Source: Bacilli bacterium (lineage in GTDB: Bacteria > Bacillota_I > Bacilli_A > RF39 > UBA660). Taken from it: DNA of 64,000 nt. A program made the position numbers and the translations under genes. Positions 53,881-63,600 of this stretch are shown here, piece after piece (the first letter of the stretch is position 1; each line of letters opens with the position of its first letter). Location: positions 6,845 to 70,844 of the forward strand of contig JAEDKN010000001.1 of the NCBI GenBank assembly GCA_016295795.1. Reading direction: 5' to 3'. The notes under the pieces were generated by a model that made no database searches, was not told where the DNA came from, and worked only from the letters and a program-made list of their open reading frames with translations.

Positions 53881-55425
53881 ATGCTTTATCAGAGCTTATA
53901 TAGAAAATATAGACCTTCAAGATTCGATGAAGTGTATGGACAAAATGTTGCTAAAAAAATACTTGTTAATTCTATAATCAATAATCGAATTTCACATGCA
54001 TACTTATTTTTCGGACCTAGAGGAACGGGAAAAACATCAATAGCAAAAATGTTTTCTCGAATTATTAATTGTTTAGATATAAAAGATGGAGAATGCTGTG
54101 AAAAATGTGAAAATTGTATTAATAGCAAAGATAAAAATTGCATTGATATTATAGAAATTGATGCTGCTTCTAATAATGGTGTAGATGAAATAAGAGAACT
54201 AAAAAACAAAATAAACTTAGTTCCTAACAATTTAAAATATAAAGTTTACATTATAGATGAGGTACATATGCTTTCAACCGGAGCATTTAACGCTTTATTA
54301 AAAACGCTTGAAGAGCCACCAGAACATGTTGTTTTTATACTCGCAACAACTGAAATATATAAAGTTCCTTCTACAATAATTTCTAGATGTCAAACAATTG
54401 AATTTAAAAAAATAGACAATAATAGTATATTTGAAAGACTTAATGAAATTTCAAAAAAAGAAAATATTAACATATCCGAGGAAGCTATAAGAGAAATAGC
54501 TAGAAATTCAAATGGTGGAATGAGGGACGCTATAGGAATATTAGATAAGGTTTTTTCTTATGCTAATGATGATGTAAAAATAGATGATGTTAAATCTGTA
54601 TTAGGACTTATAACTGAAAATGAAATCAATCAATTTGTTTCGTCTTTACTAGAAGGAGATTTTACTTTTTTACTAAAAAAAATTGATGAATATTCTGATT
54701 CTGGAAAAGATCTTTTTAAGATACTTAATGATATTATTTTTAAAATAAAAAATATGATAGTTTTAGAAGAAAAGTACGAATTGATAGAAATTTTAAATAA
54801 AATTAATGAATATCATGTAAAAATGAAATTTTCTCATAATCCTGAAATTATATTTCAAATGTTGATATTAGATTTGACTGCAACAGGTTGTAAAACAAAT
54901 GTTCGAAAAAATATTTCCCGGGAAATATTTTCTGAAAATGAAAAGAATAAAACGGCAAATACTATATCTACTTATATTATATATGCGAGAAAAAATAATT
55001 CTTTTGCTAACGCTGATAAAAATCTTTTAAATGAGATAAAGCAAAAGTGGAAAAATTTAAATAAGTATATATTTGATAAAAATATTGGGGCATTTATATG
55101 TGATTTGGAGGATAGTGTACCTGTTGTTTGCAGTAAAAACAACTTGATGATTTGCACAGAATATTCCTCATCTTCGAACAAAATAAATGAAAGTCTTGAA
55201 ATTTATGAAGATATTCTTCTAACAAAATTTGAAATTGATCAAAAATTAATTGCTGTTGATAAGAAGGAATGGGGTGAGTTGAAGGCAGAATATTTAAGAA
55301 AACTGAAAAACAATGAAAAATACGAATATATTCTTGAAAATGATTCCCAAGCGGAAAAAAATACACAAGAAAATGATATAATAGATCGAGCCAAAGATTT
55401 GTTTGGCGAATTAATAATTAATTGA
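53881..55425 (+). CDS. dnaX: DNA polymerase III subunit tau/gamma
   Basis: YRPSRFDEVYGQ, a Walker A motif GPRGTGKTS, a Zn module (CEKCENC), and the SRC motif (IISRCQ). Confidence 0.95.
   Translation: MLYQSLYRKYRPSRFDEVYGQNVAKKILVNSIINNRISHAYLFFGPRGTGKTSIAKMFSRIINCLDIKDGECCEKCENCINSKDKNCIDIIEIDAASNNGVDEIRELKNKINLVPNNLKYKVYIIDEVHMLSTGAFNALLKTLEEPPEHVVFILATTEIYKVPSTIISRCQTIEFKKIDNNSIFERLNEISKKENINISEEAIREIARNSNGGMRDAIGILDKVFSYANDDVKIDDVKSVLGLITENEINQFVSSLLEGDFTFLLKKIDEYSDSGKDLFKILNDIIFKIKNMIVLEEKYELIEILNKINEYHVKMKFSHNPEIIFQMLILDLTATGCKTNVRKNISREIFSENEKNKTANTISTYIIYARKNNSFANADKNLLNEIKQKWKNLNKYIFDKNIGAFICDLEDSVPVVCSKNNLMICTEYSSSSNKINESLEIYEDILLTKFEIDQKLIAVDKKEWGELKAEYLRKLKNNEKYEYILENDSQAEKNTQENDIIDRAKDLFGELIIN
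54910..54929. promoter_or_regulatory. Copy 4 of the palindrome (AATATTTCCCGGGAAATATT), located inside the dnaX coding sequence
   Basis: Direct reading. It is in frame, encoding N-I-S-R-E-I-F at DnaX codons 344-350, and is immediately preceded by an A AAA AAT heptamer. Confidence 0.5.
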
Positions 55426-55438
55426 GGAGAGATAATAT

Positions 55439-55732
55439 ATGAATATGCAAGCTATAATGAAACAAGCACAAACTTTACAAAAGGAAATGATGAAAACCAA
55501 AGAAGAAATAGACAATACTGAATTTGTTGGAAATAATTCTTTTGTAACTGTTGTTACAAATGGGAAAAAGGAAATAAAGAAAATTAAAATTGAAACAGAA
55601 AAATTAGAAAAAGAAGATATAGAAATATTAGAAGATATGATTATGGTTGCTGTTAATAATGCATTTAAAAGTGTTGATAAACTTACTGAGGAAAAAATGG
55701 GAAAATATGCAAATATCCCTGGACTTTTTTAA
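55439..55732 (+). CDS. ybaB: Nucleoid-associated protein YbaB/EbfC
   Basis: A 97-aa protein (MQAIMKQAQTLQKEM...) between dnaX and recR. Confidence 0.9.
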   Translation: MNMQAIMKQAQTLQKEMMKTKEEIDNTEFVGNNSFVTVVTNGKKEIKKIKIETEKLEKEDIEILEDMIMVAVNNAFKSVDKLTEEKMGKYANIPGLF

Positions 55733-56328
55733 TGTATCCAAAAAGTATTAAAAATTTGATTGAAAGTTTTAAAATGCTTCCTGGAATAGGTGAAAAAACA
55801 GCTGAGAGGATGGCGTTTTTTATACTAGATTTTGATGAAGAAAATGTAGAATTCTTTTCAGAAAGTTTATTGAATGCAAAAAATAATATCCGTAAATGCA
55901 GTATTTGTAATAATTTTACTGATAATGATATATGTGATATTTGTGCTGATAAAACACGTAATAATGAAATTTTATGTATTGTAGAAGATCCTAAAAATAT
56001 ATATATGTTTGAAAAAAATGGTGTTTTTAATGGATATTATCATGTCATTGAAAATTTGATCTCGCCATTGGATGGTATAAATCCTGAGGATATTGGTTTA
56101 GAAAAATTATTAAAAAGGATTAAAGAAAACAACTTTAAAGAGATAATAATTGCTGTTAAGCCGAGCATTGAAGGGGAAACTACTAGTTTATATATAAAGC
56201 GAGTTTTGGAGGGGTTAAATATTAAAATTACTCGTATTGCTAGTGGAATACCAATTGGAGCAGATATGGAATATATTGATGCATTGACTTTAGAGAGGGC
56301 TATTCTAGATAGAAAAGAATTAGAATAG
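55732..56328 (+). CDS. recR: Recombination protein RecR
   Basis: HhH motif LPGIGEKTAERMAF, a C4 zinc finger (CSICNNFTDNDICDIC), and a Toprim domain. Confidence 0.95.
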   Translation: MYPKSIKNLIESFKMLPGIGEKTAERMAFFILDFDEENVEFFSESLLNAKNNIRKCSICNNFTDNDICDICADKTRNNEILCIVEDPKNIYMFEKNGVFNGYYHVIENLISPLDGINPEDIGLEKLLKRIKENNFKEIIIAVKPSIEGETTSLYIKRVLEGLNIKITRIASGIPIGADMEYIDALTLERAILDRKELE

Positions 56329-56365
56329 AATAGTTTTTTCTTCATAAAATTAAACAGGTGATTTT

Positions 56366-56545
56366 ATGTTAAAACTAATTAAAAAAATTTTATTTGCAGT
56401 GTTTTTATTATATAGTTTCAATTTGATATCAGTTAATTTTAATATAATAATTCCGATTAATTTTATAACTGTTTTATTAGTTGCTTTACTTGATTTGCCT
56501 GGAATGATAACATTATTAATATCTATGATAACTATATTTAGTTGA
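56366..56545 (+). CDS. bofA: Pro-sigma-K processing inhibitor BofA (59 aa, missed by the ORF track)
   Basis: My hand translation gives MLKLIKKILFAVFLLYSFNLISVNFNIIIPINFITVLLVALLDLPGMITLLISMITIFS*. It has two TM helices and the BofA-like IPIN...G.LG/PG core, with an AGGTG RBS 7 nt upstream. Its position after recR matches the B. subtilis recR-yaaL-bofA arrangement. Confidence 0.6.
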   Translation: MLKLIKKILFAVFLLYSFNLISVNFNIIIPINFITVLLVALLDLPGMITLLISMITIFS

Positions 56546-56559
56546 TAAGGGTGAAATTT

Positions 56560-57381
56560 ATGAATGATGAATTTAATAAATTATTAAATAGTATTTCTAA
56601 AACTAACAAGATTGGACATGCCTTCTTATTTGAGGTTGATGATGATTATTCGACAGATAAATCTATTTATTTTATAAAAAAAATATTAGAGAAAGATATT
56701 GATGACAGAAATAAATTAGAAGATATTTATAGAAGAATTGACAATAATATTTTTGAGGATTTAAAAATAATTAGATCGTTAGATAATACAATAAAGAAAG
56801 AACAGATAATTGAATTAAAATCAGAATTTAAAAATAAGTCTTTAAATTCTATAAAAAGATTTTACATAATAGAGTATGCAGAATATTTAAATCCTGCAGC
56901 TGCAAATTCTCTTCTAAAATTTTTGGAAGAACCTGATGATGAGATTATTGCTATATTGGTTACTAAAAACATATATAGTGTTTTAGAGACAATAATTTCT
57001 CGTTGCCAAACTGTTAATTTAAATAGATATGTAACTCGTGTGGATGATGATAGCTTTTCTGAAGCTTTAAAATATATAAAAATTTATGAAAATAATGGTA
57101 ATAGGGCCGTTGCTTATTTATCAGAATTATATAATTTAAAAATAGAAGATATAAAAAAATATATTGAAAGTTGGATGTTAATTTATAAAAATATTTTAGA
57201 TATTTTATTGAATAAAGAGTCATCGAATAGCTCTGATTTTATTGAAGAATATAGGGAAATATCTACCAAAAATAAAATTGAAAATATAATAAAAAAGATA
57301 AAAAAAGTTGAAAAAATGGAAAGACTTATTAATTCTAATGTTAATGTTAGGGTGATTTTGGATCAACTATTTATTGATTAG
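56560..57381 (+). CDS. holB: DNA polymerase III delta-prime subunit (HolB)
   Basis: GHAFLFE and ISRCQTV (SRC) motifs. I trimmed the start to MNDEF at 56560. The gene is followed by ricT, as holB-yaaT is in B. subtilis. Confidence 0.75.
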   Translation: MNDEFNKLLNSISKTNKIGHAFLFEVDDDYSTDKSIYFIKKILEKDIDDRNKLEDIYRRIDNNIFEDLKIIRSLDNTIKKEQIIELKSEFKNKSLNSIKRFYIIEYAEYLNPAAANSLLKFLEEPDDEIIAILVTKNIYSVLETIISRCQTVNLNRYVTRVDDDSFSEALKYIKIYENNGNRAVAYLSELYNLKIEDIKKYIESWMLIYKNILDILLNKESSNSSDFIEEYREISTKNKIENIIKKIKKVEKMERLINSNVNVRVILDQLFID

Positions 57382-57392
57382 GGAGGTAAAAC

Positions 57393-58196
57393 ATGAAACA
57401 AAAAGTGGTGAAAATATCTTTTTTAAATTCAAATAAAACATATTTCTTTTCTAACAATAATTTAGACCTAGAAGCAGGTGAGAGTGTAATTGTCGAATCA
57501 GACAGAGGAATTCAGTTTGGAACGGTTAATAGCAAAATTTTTGAATTAGATGAAAACAAGATAATGAAACCCTTGAAAAAAGTTATTAGAAAAGCTACAA
57601 AGGAAGATATCAAATTATACGAAAAAAATAAGAGTGACTCTAATGTCGCTTTAAACAAAGCTAAATCTTTGGCAAAATCATTGGATTTGAAGATGAATAT
57701 ATTAAATGCTAATTTTACTCTTGATAGAAATCAATTAATTTTTAATTTTATTGCAGATGACCGAGTTGATTTTAGAGAATTAGCAAAAAAATTAGCTTCA
57801 ATTTATAAAACTAGGATTGAATTGAGGCAAATAGGTGTTAGAGATAAGGCAAAAGAAATAGGAGGCCTTGGTCCTTGCGGAAGATTTTTATGTTGCAACT
57901 TATTTTTAAATGATTTTGAAACGGTTTCTATAAATATGGCAAAAAATCAATATATTTCATTAAAGCCAGACAAAATTAATGGTATTTGTGGTAGATTACT
58001 ATGTTGTCTGAATTATGAAGATGAGCAGTATACTGAATTAAAAAAAGATTTTCCAAATATAGGAAGTATAATTAAATATAAAAATATAACAGGGAAAGTT
58101 ATTAGTCACAATTTGTTTAAAAGAACATTTGATATAGAAACAGCTGATAAAACTATTATAAATTTGGAATTGAGTAATTATGAAAGTAATAAATGA
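57393..58196 (+). CDS. ricT: PSP1-domain protein RicT (YaaT), stage 0 sporulation/RNase Y regulator
   Basis: A PSP1 C-terminal domain with Cys clusters (GPCGRFLCCNLF and GICGRLLCC). Confidence 0.85.
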   Translation: MKQKVVKISFLNSNKTYFFSNNNLDLEAGESVIVESDRGIQFGTVNSKIFELDENKIMKPLKKVIRKATKEDIKLYEKNKSDSNVALNKAKSLAKSLDLKMNILNANFTLDRNQLIFNFIADDRVDFRELAKKLASIYKTRIELRQIGVRDKAKEIGGLGPCGRFLCCNLFLNDFETVSINMAKNQYISLKPDKINGICGRLLCCLNYEDEQYTELKKDFPNIGSIIKYKNITGKVISHNLFKRTFDIETADKTIINLELSNYESNK

Positions 58197-58899
58197 TTTG
58201 CTTGGATATAAAAATTTAAAAATAGTTCAAGATACTGATTGGTTTAGTTTCTCTTTGGATTCAGTATTACTTCCTAATTTTGTAACTTTAAATAAAAACG
58301 TTAAAAAAATTTTAGATATAGGAACTGGAAATGCACCGATTCCATTAATATTATCTACTAAAACTGATGCTGAAATATATGGAATAGAAATTCAGAAAGA
58401 AGTTTACGAAATGGCAAGGGAAACTATAGAATTGAATTCGTTGGAATCAAAAATAAAACTAATAAATGATGATGTAAATGAGATAGACAAGTATTTCAAA
58501 CCCGAAACATTTGATGTGATTCTTTCAAATCCTCCATATTTTAAACTAAATGGAAAATCAAAATTAAATGAGGTTAACACTAAGGCTATTGCAAGACACG
58601 AAATTTCGTTAACGCTCGATCAGTTATTGACTGTTTCGTCTAAACTTTTAAAAAATAAAGGAAAATTTGCTATGGTACATAGGGTTGATAGACTAACTGA
58701 AATATTAAGTTTAATGAAAGAAAGAAATATTGAACCAAAAAGAATCAAATTTATATTTCCAAAAGAAAACACTACTTCAAATCTTTTTTTGGTGGAGGGT
58801 GTTAAAAATGCAAATTCAGGAATTAAAACTATAAATTATATAATTGTACATACTGAGAACGGAAAATATACTGAAGAAGTAATGAAATGTTTCGAATAG
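58180..58899 (+). CDS. SAM-dependent methyltransferase, YabB/TrmN6-like tRNA (adenine-N6)-methyltransferase
   Basis: ILDIGTGNAPIPLIL and an NPPY motif. The gene follows ricT, as yabB does in B. subtilis. Confidence 0.7.
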   Translation: MKVINDLLGYKNLKIVQDTDWFSFSLDSVLLPNFVTLNKNVKKILDIGTGNAPIPLILSTKTDAEIYGIEIQKEVYEMARETIELNSLESKIKLINDDVNEIDKYFKPETFDVILSNPPYFKLNGKSKLNEVNTKAIARHEISLTLDQLLTVSSKLLKNKGKFAMVHRVDRLTEILSLMKERNIEPKRIKFIFPKENTTSNLFLVEGVKNANSGIKTINYIIVHTENGKYTEEVMKCFE

Positions 58900-58908
58900 G
58901 AGGATATT

Positions 58909-59748
58909 ATGAGACAAAAGAGTTATGATGGAACTAATTCACTTTACCTTATTCCTACTCCCGTCGGAAATATGGATGATATAACAAAAAGGGCGTTAGA
59001 TACATTAAAAATGGTTGATTTAATACTTTGCGAAGATACTAGAGTAACCTCAGAATTATTACGAAAATTTAATATTAAAAAGAAATTAATACATTGTGAT
59101 GATCATAATGAAAACGATTTAAAACAAAAGATTTTAGAAAAATTAAATGATGGGTTAAATATAGGACTTGTGACAGATAGAGGAACTCCTATAATAAGTG
59201 ACCCTGGATATAAAATTGTACAATTTATATCTAAGAATGGCTATAATGTTATTAGTTTGCCAGGACCTACTGCTTTTGTCCCTGCTTTGACAATGTCTGG
59301 AATTAACCCTGCCCCTTTCTTGTTTTATGGATTTTTAAATAGTAAAGAATCAAGAAGAGTAAAAGAACTTGAATCTTTGAAAAAATTACCTTATACTATC
59401 ATTCTATATGAAGCGCCTCATAGAATTTATGATATGTTAAAATCATTACTTGAAGTATTTGGTAATAGGAGGATTGCTTTATGTAGAGAAATTAGTAAAA
59501 AATATGAAGAAGTTATTCGTGGAACCCTTGAAGAAGTATTAGAAATAGCAGATACTTTGAAAGGAGAAATGGTTGTTGTTGTAGAAGGAAATTTACAACA
59601 AGAAGATTTTTCCACTATGACTGTTTTGGAACATATTAATCTTTATTTAGAAGATGGCATGACCGAAAAAGAAGCTATTAAGAAAGTAGCGATAGAAAGA
59701 GATGTACCTAAATCTGTTATATATAGAGAGTATCATATTAATAATTAA
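58909..59748 (+). CDS. rsmI: 16S rRNA (cytidine1402-2'-O)-methyltransferase RsmI
   Basis: LYLIPTPVGNMDDITKRALDTLKMVDLILCEDTRVT, the tetrapyrrole-methylase fold N-terminus of RsmI. Confidence 0.9.
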   Translation: MRQKSYDGTNSLYLIPTPVGNMDDITKRALDTLKMVDLILCEDTRVTSELLRKFNIKKKLIHCDDHNENDLKQKILEKLNDGLNIGLVTDRGTPIISDPGYKIVQFISKNGYNVISLPGPTAFVPALTMSGINPAPFLFYGFLNSKESRRVKELESLKKLPYTIILYEAPHRIYDMLKSLLEVFGNRRIALCREISKKYEEVIRGTLEEVLEIADTLKGEMVVVVEGNLQQEDFSTMTVLEHINLYLEDGMTEKEAIKKVAIERDVPKSVIYREYHINN

Positions 59749-60036
59749 TTTTTTAGGTAATATATATATTAAAAGATTAAATATTTATGTAATTGATTCA
59801 AATTCATATAGTCTTGTGAGATCGCTATTAATTGCTAAGGAATGTGATAATTGTAATAATGAAACTCTAGGTTTCAGAAAAGATTATGGTCCTTGAGATT
59901 TATAATATTCAAAAATTACAGAATATACTAAATTTAAATGAATAGGCAACAACAACAGATGAATTATAATACAGAAAATAAATTTATTGTAAGTTGGGTA
60001 GTAAGTAATAAGACTATTTAAACTAATTTAGATTAA

Positions 60037-60058
60037 AATTATTTCCCGGGAAATAATT
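60037..60058. promoter_or_regulatory. Copy 5 of the palindrome (AATTATTTCCCGGGAAATAATT), 20 bp upstream of the pth start codon
   Basis: Direct reading. It lies between the putative pth promoter region and the RBS (GAGGTG at 60067-60072). Confidence 0.5.
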
Positions 60059-60078
60059 TTGTGATTTGAGGTGATTTT

Positions 60079-60639
60079 ATGAAACTTATAGTTGGATTGG
60101 GAAATCCTGGTTCAGAATATGAAAATACTCGTCATAATATTGGTTTTATGGCTATAGATAATTATGCCAAGGCAAGGAATATATCAATATCAAAAGAAAA
60201 ATTTGGGGGCATGTATGCTATTGAAAACATAGGAAGAGAAACTGTTCTTTTGTTGAAGCCACAATTGTATATAAATCTTTCGGGCGAAGTTATAAAAAAA
60301 TTTGTAGATTATTATAAAATAGATATTAATAATATTTTGATAGTAAATGATGATTTAGATTTAGAAACAGGAAAATATAAATTGAAACCTGGTGGAAGTA
60401 GCGGGGGGCATAATGGTCTTAAGAATATTGAAAAATTATTAAAAACTTCTGATTATAAAAGATTAAAAATAGGAATTTCAAATAATAAGAATATAGACAC
60501 TAAAGATTATGTATTGGGAAAAATACAAAAATCAGATTTTGAAAAATATAATCAGATATTTGAGATCGTTAACAATATAATTGATGATTTCCTATTACTA
60601 GATTTTGATCAATTGATGTCAAAGTATAATCATAAATAG
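60079..60639 (+). CDS. pth: Peptidyl-tRNA hydrolase
   Basis: MKLIVGLGNPGSEYENTRHNIGFMAID, 186 aa. Confidence 0.96.
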   Translation: MKLIVGLGNPGSEYENTRHNIGFMAIDNYAKARNISISKEKFGGMYAIENIGRETVLLLKPQLYINLSGEVIKKFVDYYKIDINNILIVNDDLDLETGKYKLKPGGSSGGHNGLKNIEKLLKTSDYKRLKIGISNNKNIDTKDYVLGKIQKSDFEKYNQIFEIVNNIIDDFLLLDFDQLMSKYNHK

Positions 60640-60646
60640 AGGAATT

Positions 60647-63600
60647 ATGAACGATATATTAAATAAAATTATACCAATTGATAATACTAAGAACATTGGT
60701 CTGTGTGGGATGACTAATGAGTTTTTTTGTGCATATGTAAATAGATTGTTTTTAGAAAAATCACAGAATATATTGATTCTTACTTCGTCTTTGTATGAAG
60801 CAAATAAAATTTTTTCATCCTTAGAAAAATATAATAATAGTGTTCTTTTATTTCCTATGGATGATTTTCTTACAAGTGAATCTATAGCTATTAGTCCTGA
60901 GTTAAAAACGGTACGATTAGATACTCTGAATAAACTATCAAATGAAACTCCACACATTGTAGTTACGCATTTAAATGCTTATTTGAGATATTTGCCCAAT
61001 TCTAAAACCTATATAAAAAGTGAAATATCTCTGAAAACAGGTGATATTTATTGCAGAGATGATCTAATTGAAAAGTTATTAAATATTGGTTATAAAAAGG
61101 AAACTATAGTTACTAATACAGGCGAGGTGGGAATTAGGGGATTCCTGGTAGATGTTTATCCAATTAATTCAGAGAATCCGGTTAGAATTGAATATTTTGA
61201 TGATGAGATAGATTCAATACGTGAATTTGATAGTGAAACTCAAAAATCTTTACGTGAAATTAATAATGTCACAATAGCTCCCAATACTGAATTTTTGACA
61301 GATGAAAATATATATATAGATTATATAACTAAATCCCAGAAGTTTCTACCTGACTACAACAAAAATGTAGTTAATATAAATGATTATTTAAACAATCCAT
61401 TGGTAATAATGAAAGATTATTCTCAAATTAAGATTTCGTATCAAAAATTGATTGATGATATTTTCCAATACAAAAATTTAAAAGATGAAAAATATACTGG
61501 AGAATATATGTTTTCGCTTGATAAAGTTATGGTTGATGATTTTATATATTATAATACTATTGACAATTATTTTGAAAATTTGCCAAAAAATAATATTTAT
61601 AATTATAATGTTAAAACTGTACCAATGTTTTCAGAAAATATAGAACTTATAAATGATTATCTGAAAAAGCAGTTACTGGATAAGAAAACAATAATAATTT
61701 ATTTGAAAGGTTTTCAAATTAAATCCTTTGTTAAATACCTAAAACATAAATATGTTATAACTAACGATGAGGAAATATATGAACGACAAATAAATATAAT
61801 TGAAAAAGATTTAAATGAAGGATTTATATATGGAAATTATGTTTTTTTAACTCCTAAAGAACTTTTTGGACGAAAAACAGAAACAAAATATAAGAGTAGG
61901 TTTAAGTATACATCAAAGATAAAAAGCCTTTCAAATTTAGAAATTGGAGATTATGTGGTACATGCATCAAGTGGTATAGGAATTTATAATGGAATAAAAA
62001 CATTGACTCAAAGTGGATTAAAAAAAGATTATTTAGAAATTTTATATGCAGGAACTGATAAATTGTATATTCCAGTTGAAAAAATAGAACTAATTGGTAA
62101 ATATACGGGAAAAGAAGGAATTCGTGCTAAGATTAATAAACTCGGAAGTAGCGAATGGCAAAATACAAAATTAAGAGTTAGAAATAAAGTAAATGATATA
62201 GCAAAGAAATTATTAGAGCTCTATGCAAAAAGAAATATGCAGATGGGTTTTGCTTTTGAAAAAGATAACGAATTACAAACGATGTTTGAAAGTGAGTTTG
62301 AATTTGAAGAAACTCCAGATCAATTGAGGGCAATTGAGATAATAAAACAAGATATGGAGTCTAATAAGCCCATGGATCGTTTGTTATGCGGTGATGTTGG
62401 ATACGGAAAAACTGAGGTTGCATTTAGAGCTATTTTTAAAGCTGTCAATAATTCAAAACAAGTTTTATATCTCTGTCCTACAACGATTCTTTCAAATCAA
62501 CAATATGAGAAAGCAAAAATAAGATTTTCGAATTATCCAGTTAATTTAGCATTATTAAATAGATTCACTTCATCTAAAGAAACAAAAAGAATCATTAATG
62601 ATTTAGCTAGTGGGAAAATTGATGTTTTATTTGGTACTCATAGACTATTAAGTAAAGATATAAAACCGAAAGATTTAGGCTTTTTGGTGATTGATGAGGA
62701 GCAAAGATTTGGGGTTTCTCATAAAGAAATGATAAAAGAGTATAAGGAAAATATAGATGTATTAACCTTAACAGCAACACCAATTCCAAGAACTTTGCAA
62801 ATGTCATTAGCCGGTATAAGAAGTTTATCACTAATAGAGACACCTCCGGTTGATAGATATCCTATACAAACATATGTTATAGAAGAAAACAAAGCTTTAG
62901 TTAGGGATGCAATATATAAAGAGTTAGCTAGGGGAGGCCAAATTTTTGTCCTTTATAATAATGTTGCAAAAATAGAGAATAAAGTTAATGAAATTAAGCA
63001 ATTGGTTCCTGATTCTAAAGTAATATTTGCACATGGTCAATTGAACAAAGTAGAGCTAGAAGATAGAATGAATGCTTTTATCAATCGTGAATATGACATT
63101 ATGGTTTGTACTACTATTATAGAAACAGGTATAGATATTAATAATGTGAATACACTAATTATTTATAATGCAGATCATTTTGGATTAAGCCAATTGTATC
63201 AGATAAGAGGAAGAGTCGGTAGGAGTAATAAAATTGCATATGCATATTTAATGTATTCAAAAGATAAAATTCTTAATGAAACTGCAATTAAACGCTTAAA
63301 TGCAATAAAAGAATTTACTGAGTTGGGAAGTGGATTTTCAATAGCTTCTAGAGACTTATCTATAAGAGGCGCTGGTGATATTCTTGGAAGTGAACAAGCA
63401 GGATTTATTGATAGTATAGGAATAGATTTATATTTAAAAATACTTAATGAAGAGGTAAATAAACTAAAAGGGGTTAAAATTGATTCTGATAAAGATGAAA
63501 AAATTTCAAATAATTTATTGAATGTTTCAACTCATATATCCGATAATTATGTTGAAGAAGGAGAATTAAAAATAGAAATTCATAGACTAATAAATAAAGT

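Noticed and set aside
59702-59896. A 64-aa ORF overlapping the rsmI 3' end and extending into the pth upstream gap
   Set aside because: It starts inside rsmI in another frame, has no RBS, and is rich in hydrophobic and low-complexity residues. I treated the region as non-coding instead.
53103-60058. The CCCGGG palindromes as restriction-modification (SmaI/XmaI-type) targets or as a CodY, Rex or CRP-family operator
   Set aside because: R-M targets are not embedded in conserved 14-22-bp extended palindromes. The half-sites do not match CodY (AATTTTCWGAAAATT), Rex (TTGTGAA-N6-TTCACAA), FNR/CRP (TTGAT-N4-ATCAA / TGTGA-N6-TCACA) or cre.
59749-60078. Searched the long intergenic gaps (59749-60078, 53075-53230, 43956-44246) for tRNA or rRNA genes
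   Set aside because: No GC-rich acceptor-stem or T-loop (GTTCRANYC) signatures and no 16S/23S/5S-like conserved blocks. Only the SRP RNA was found. The window contains no tRNA or rRNA.
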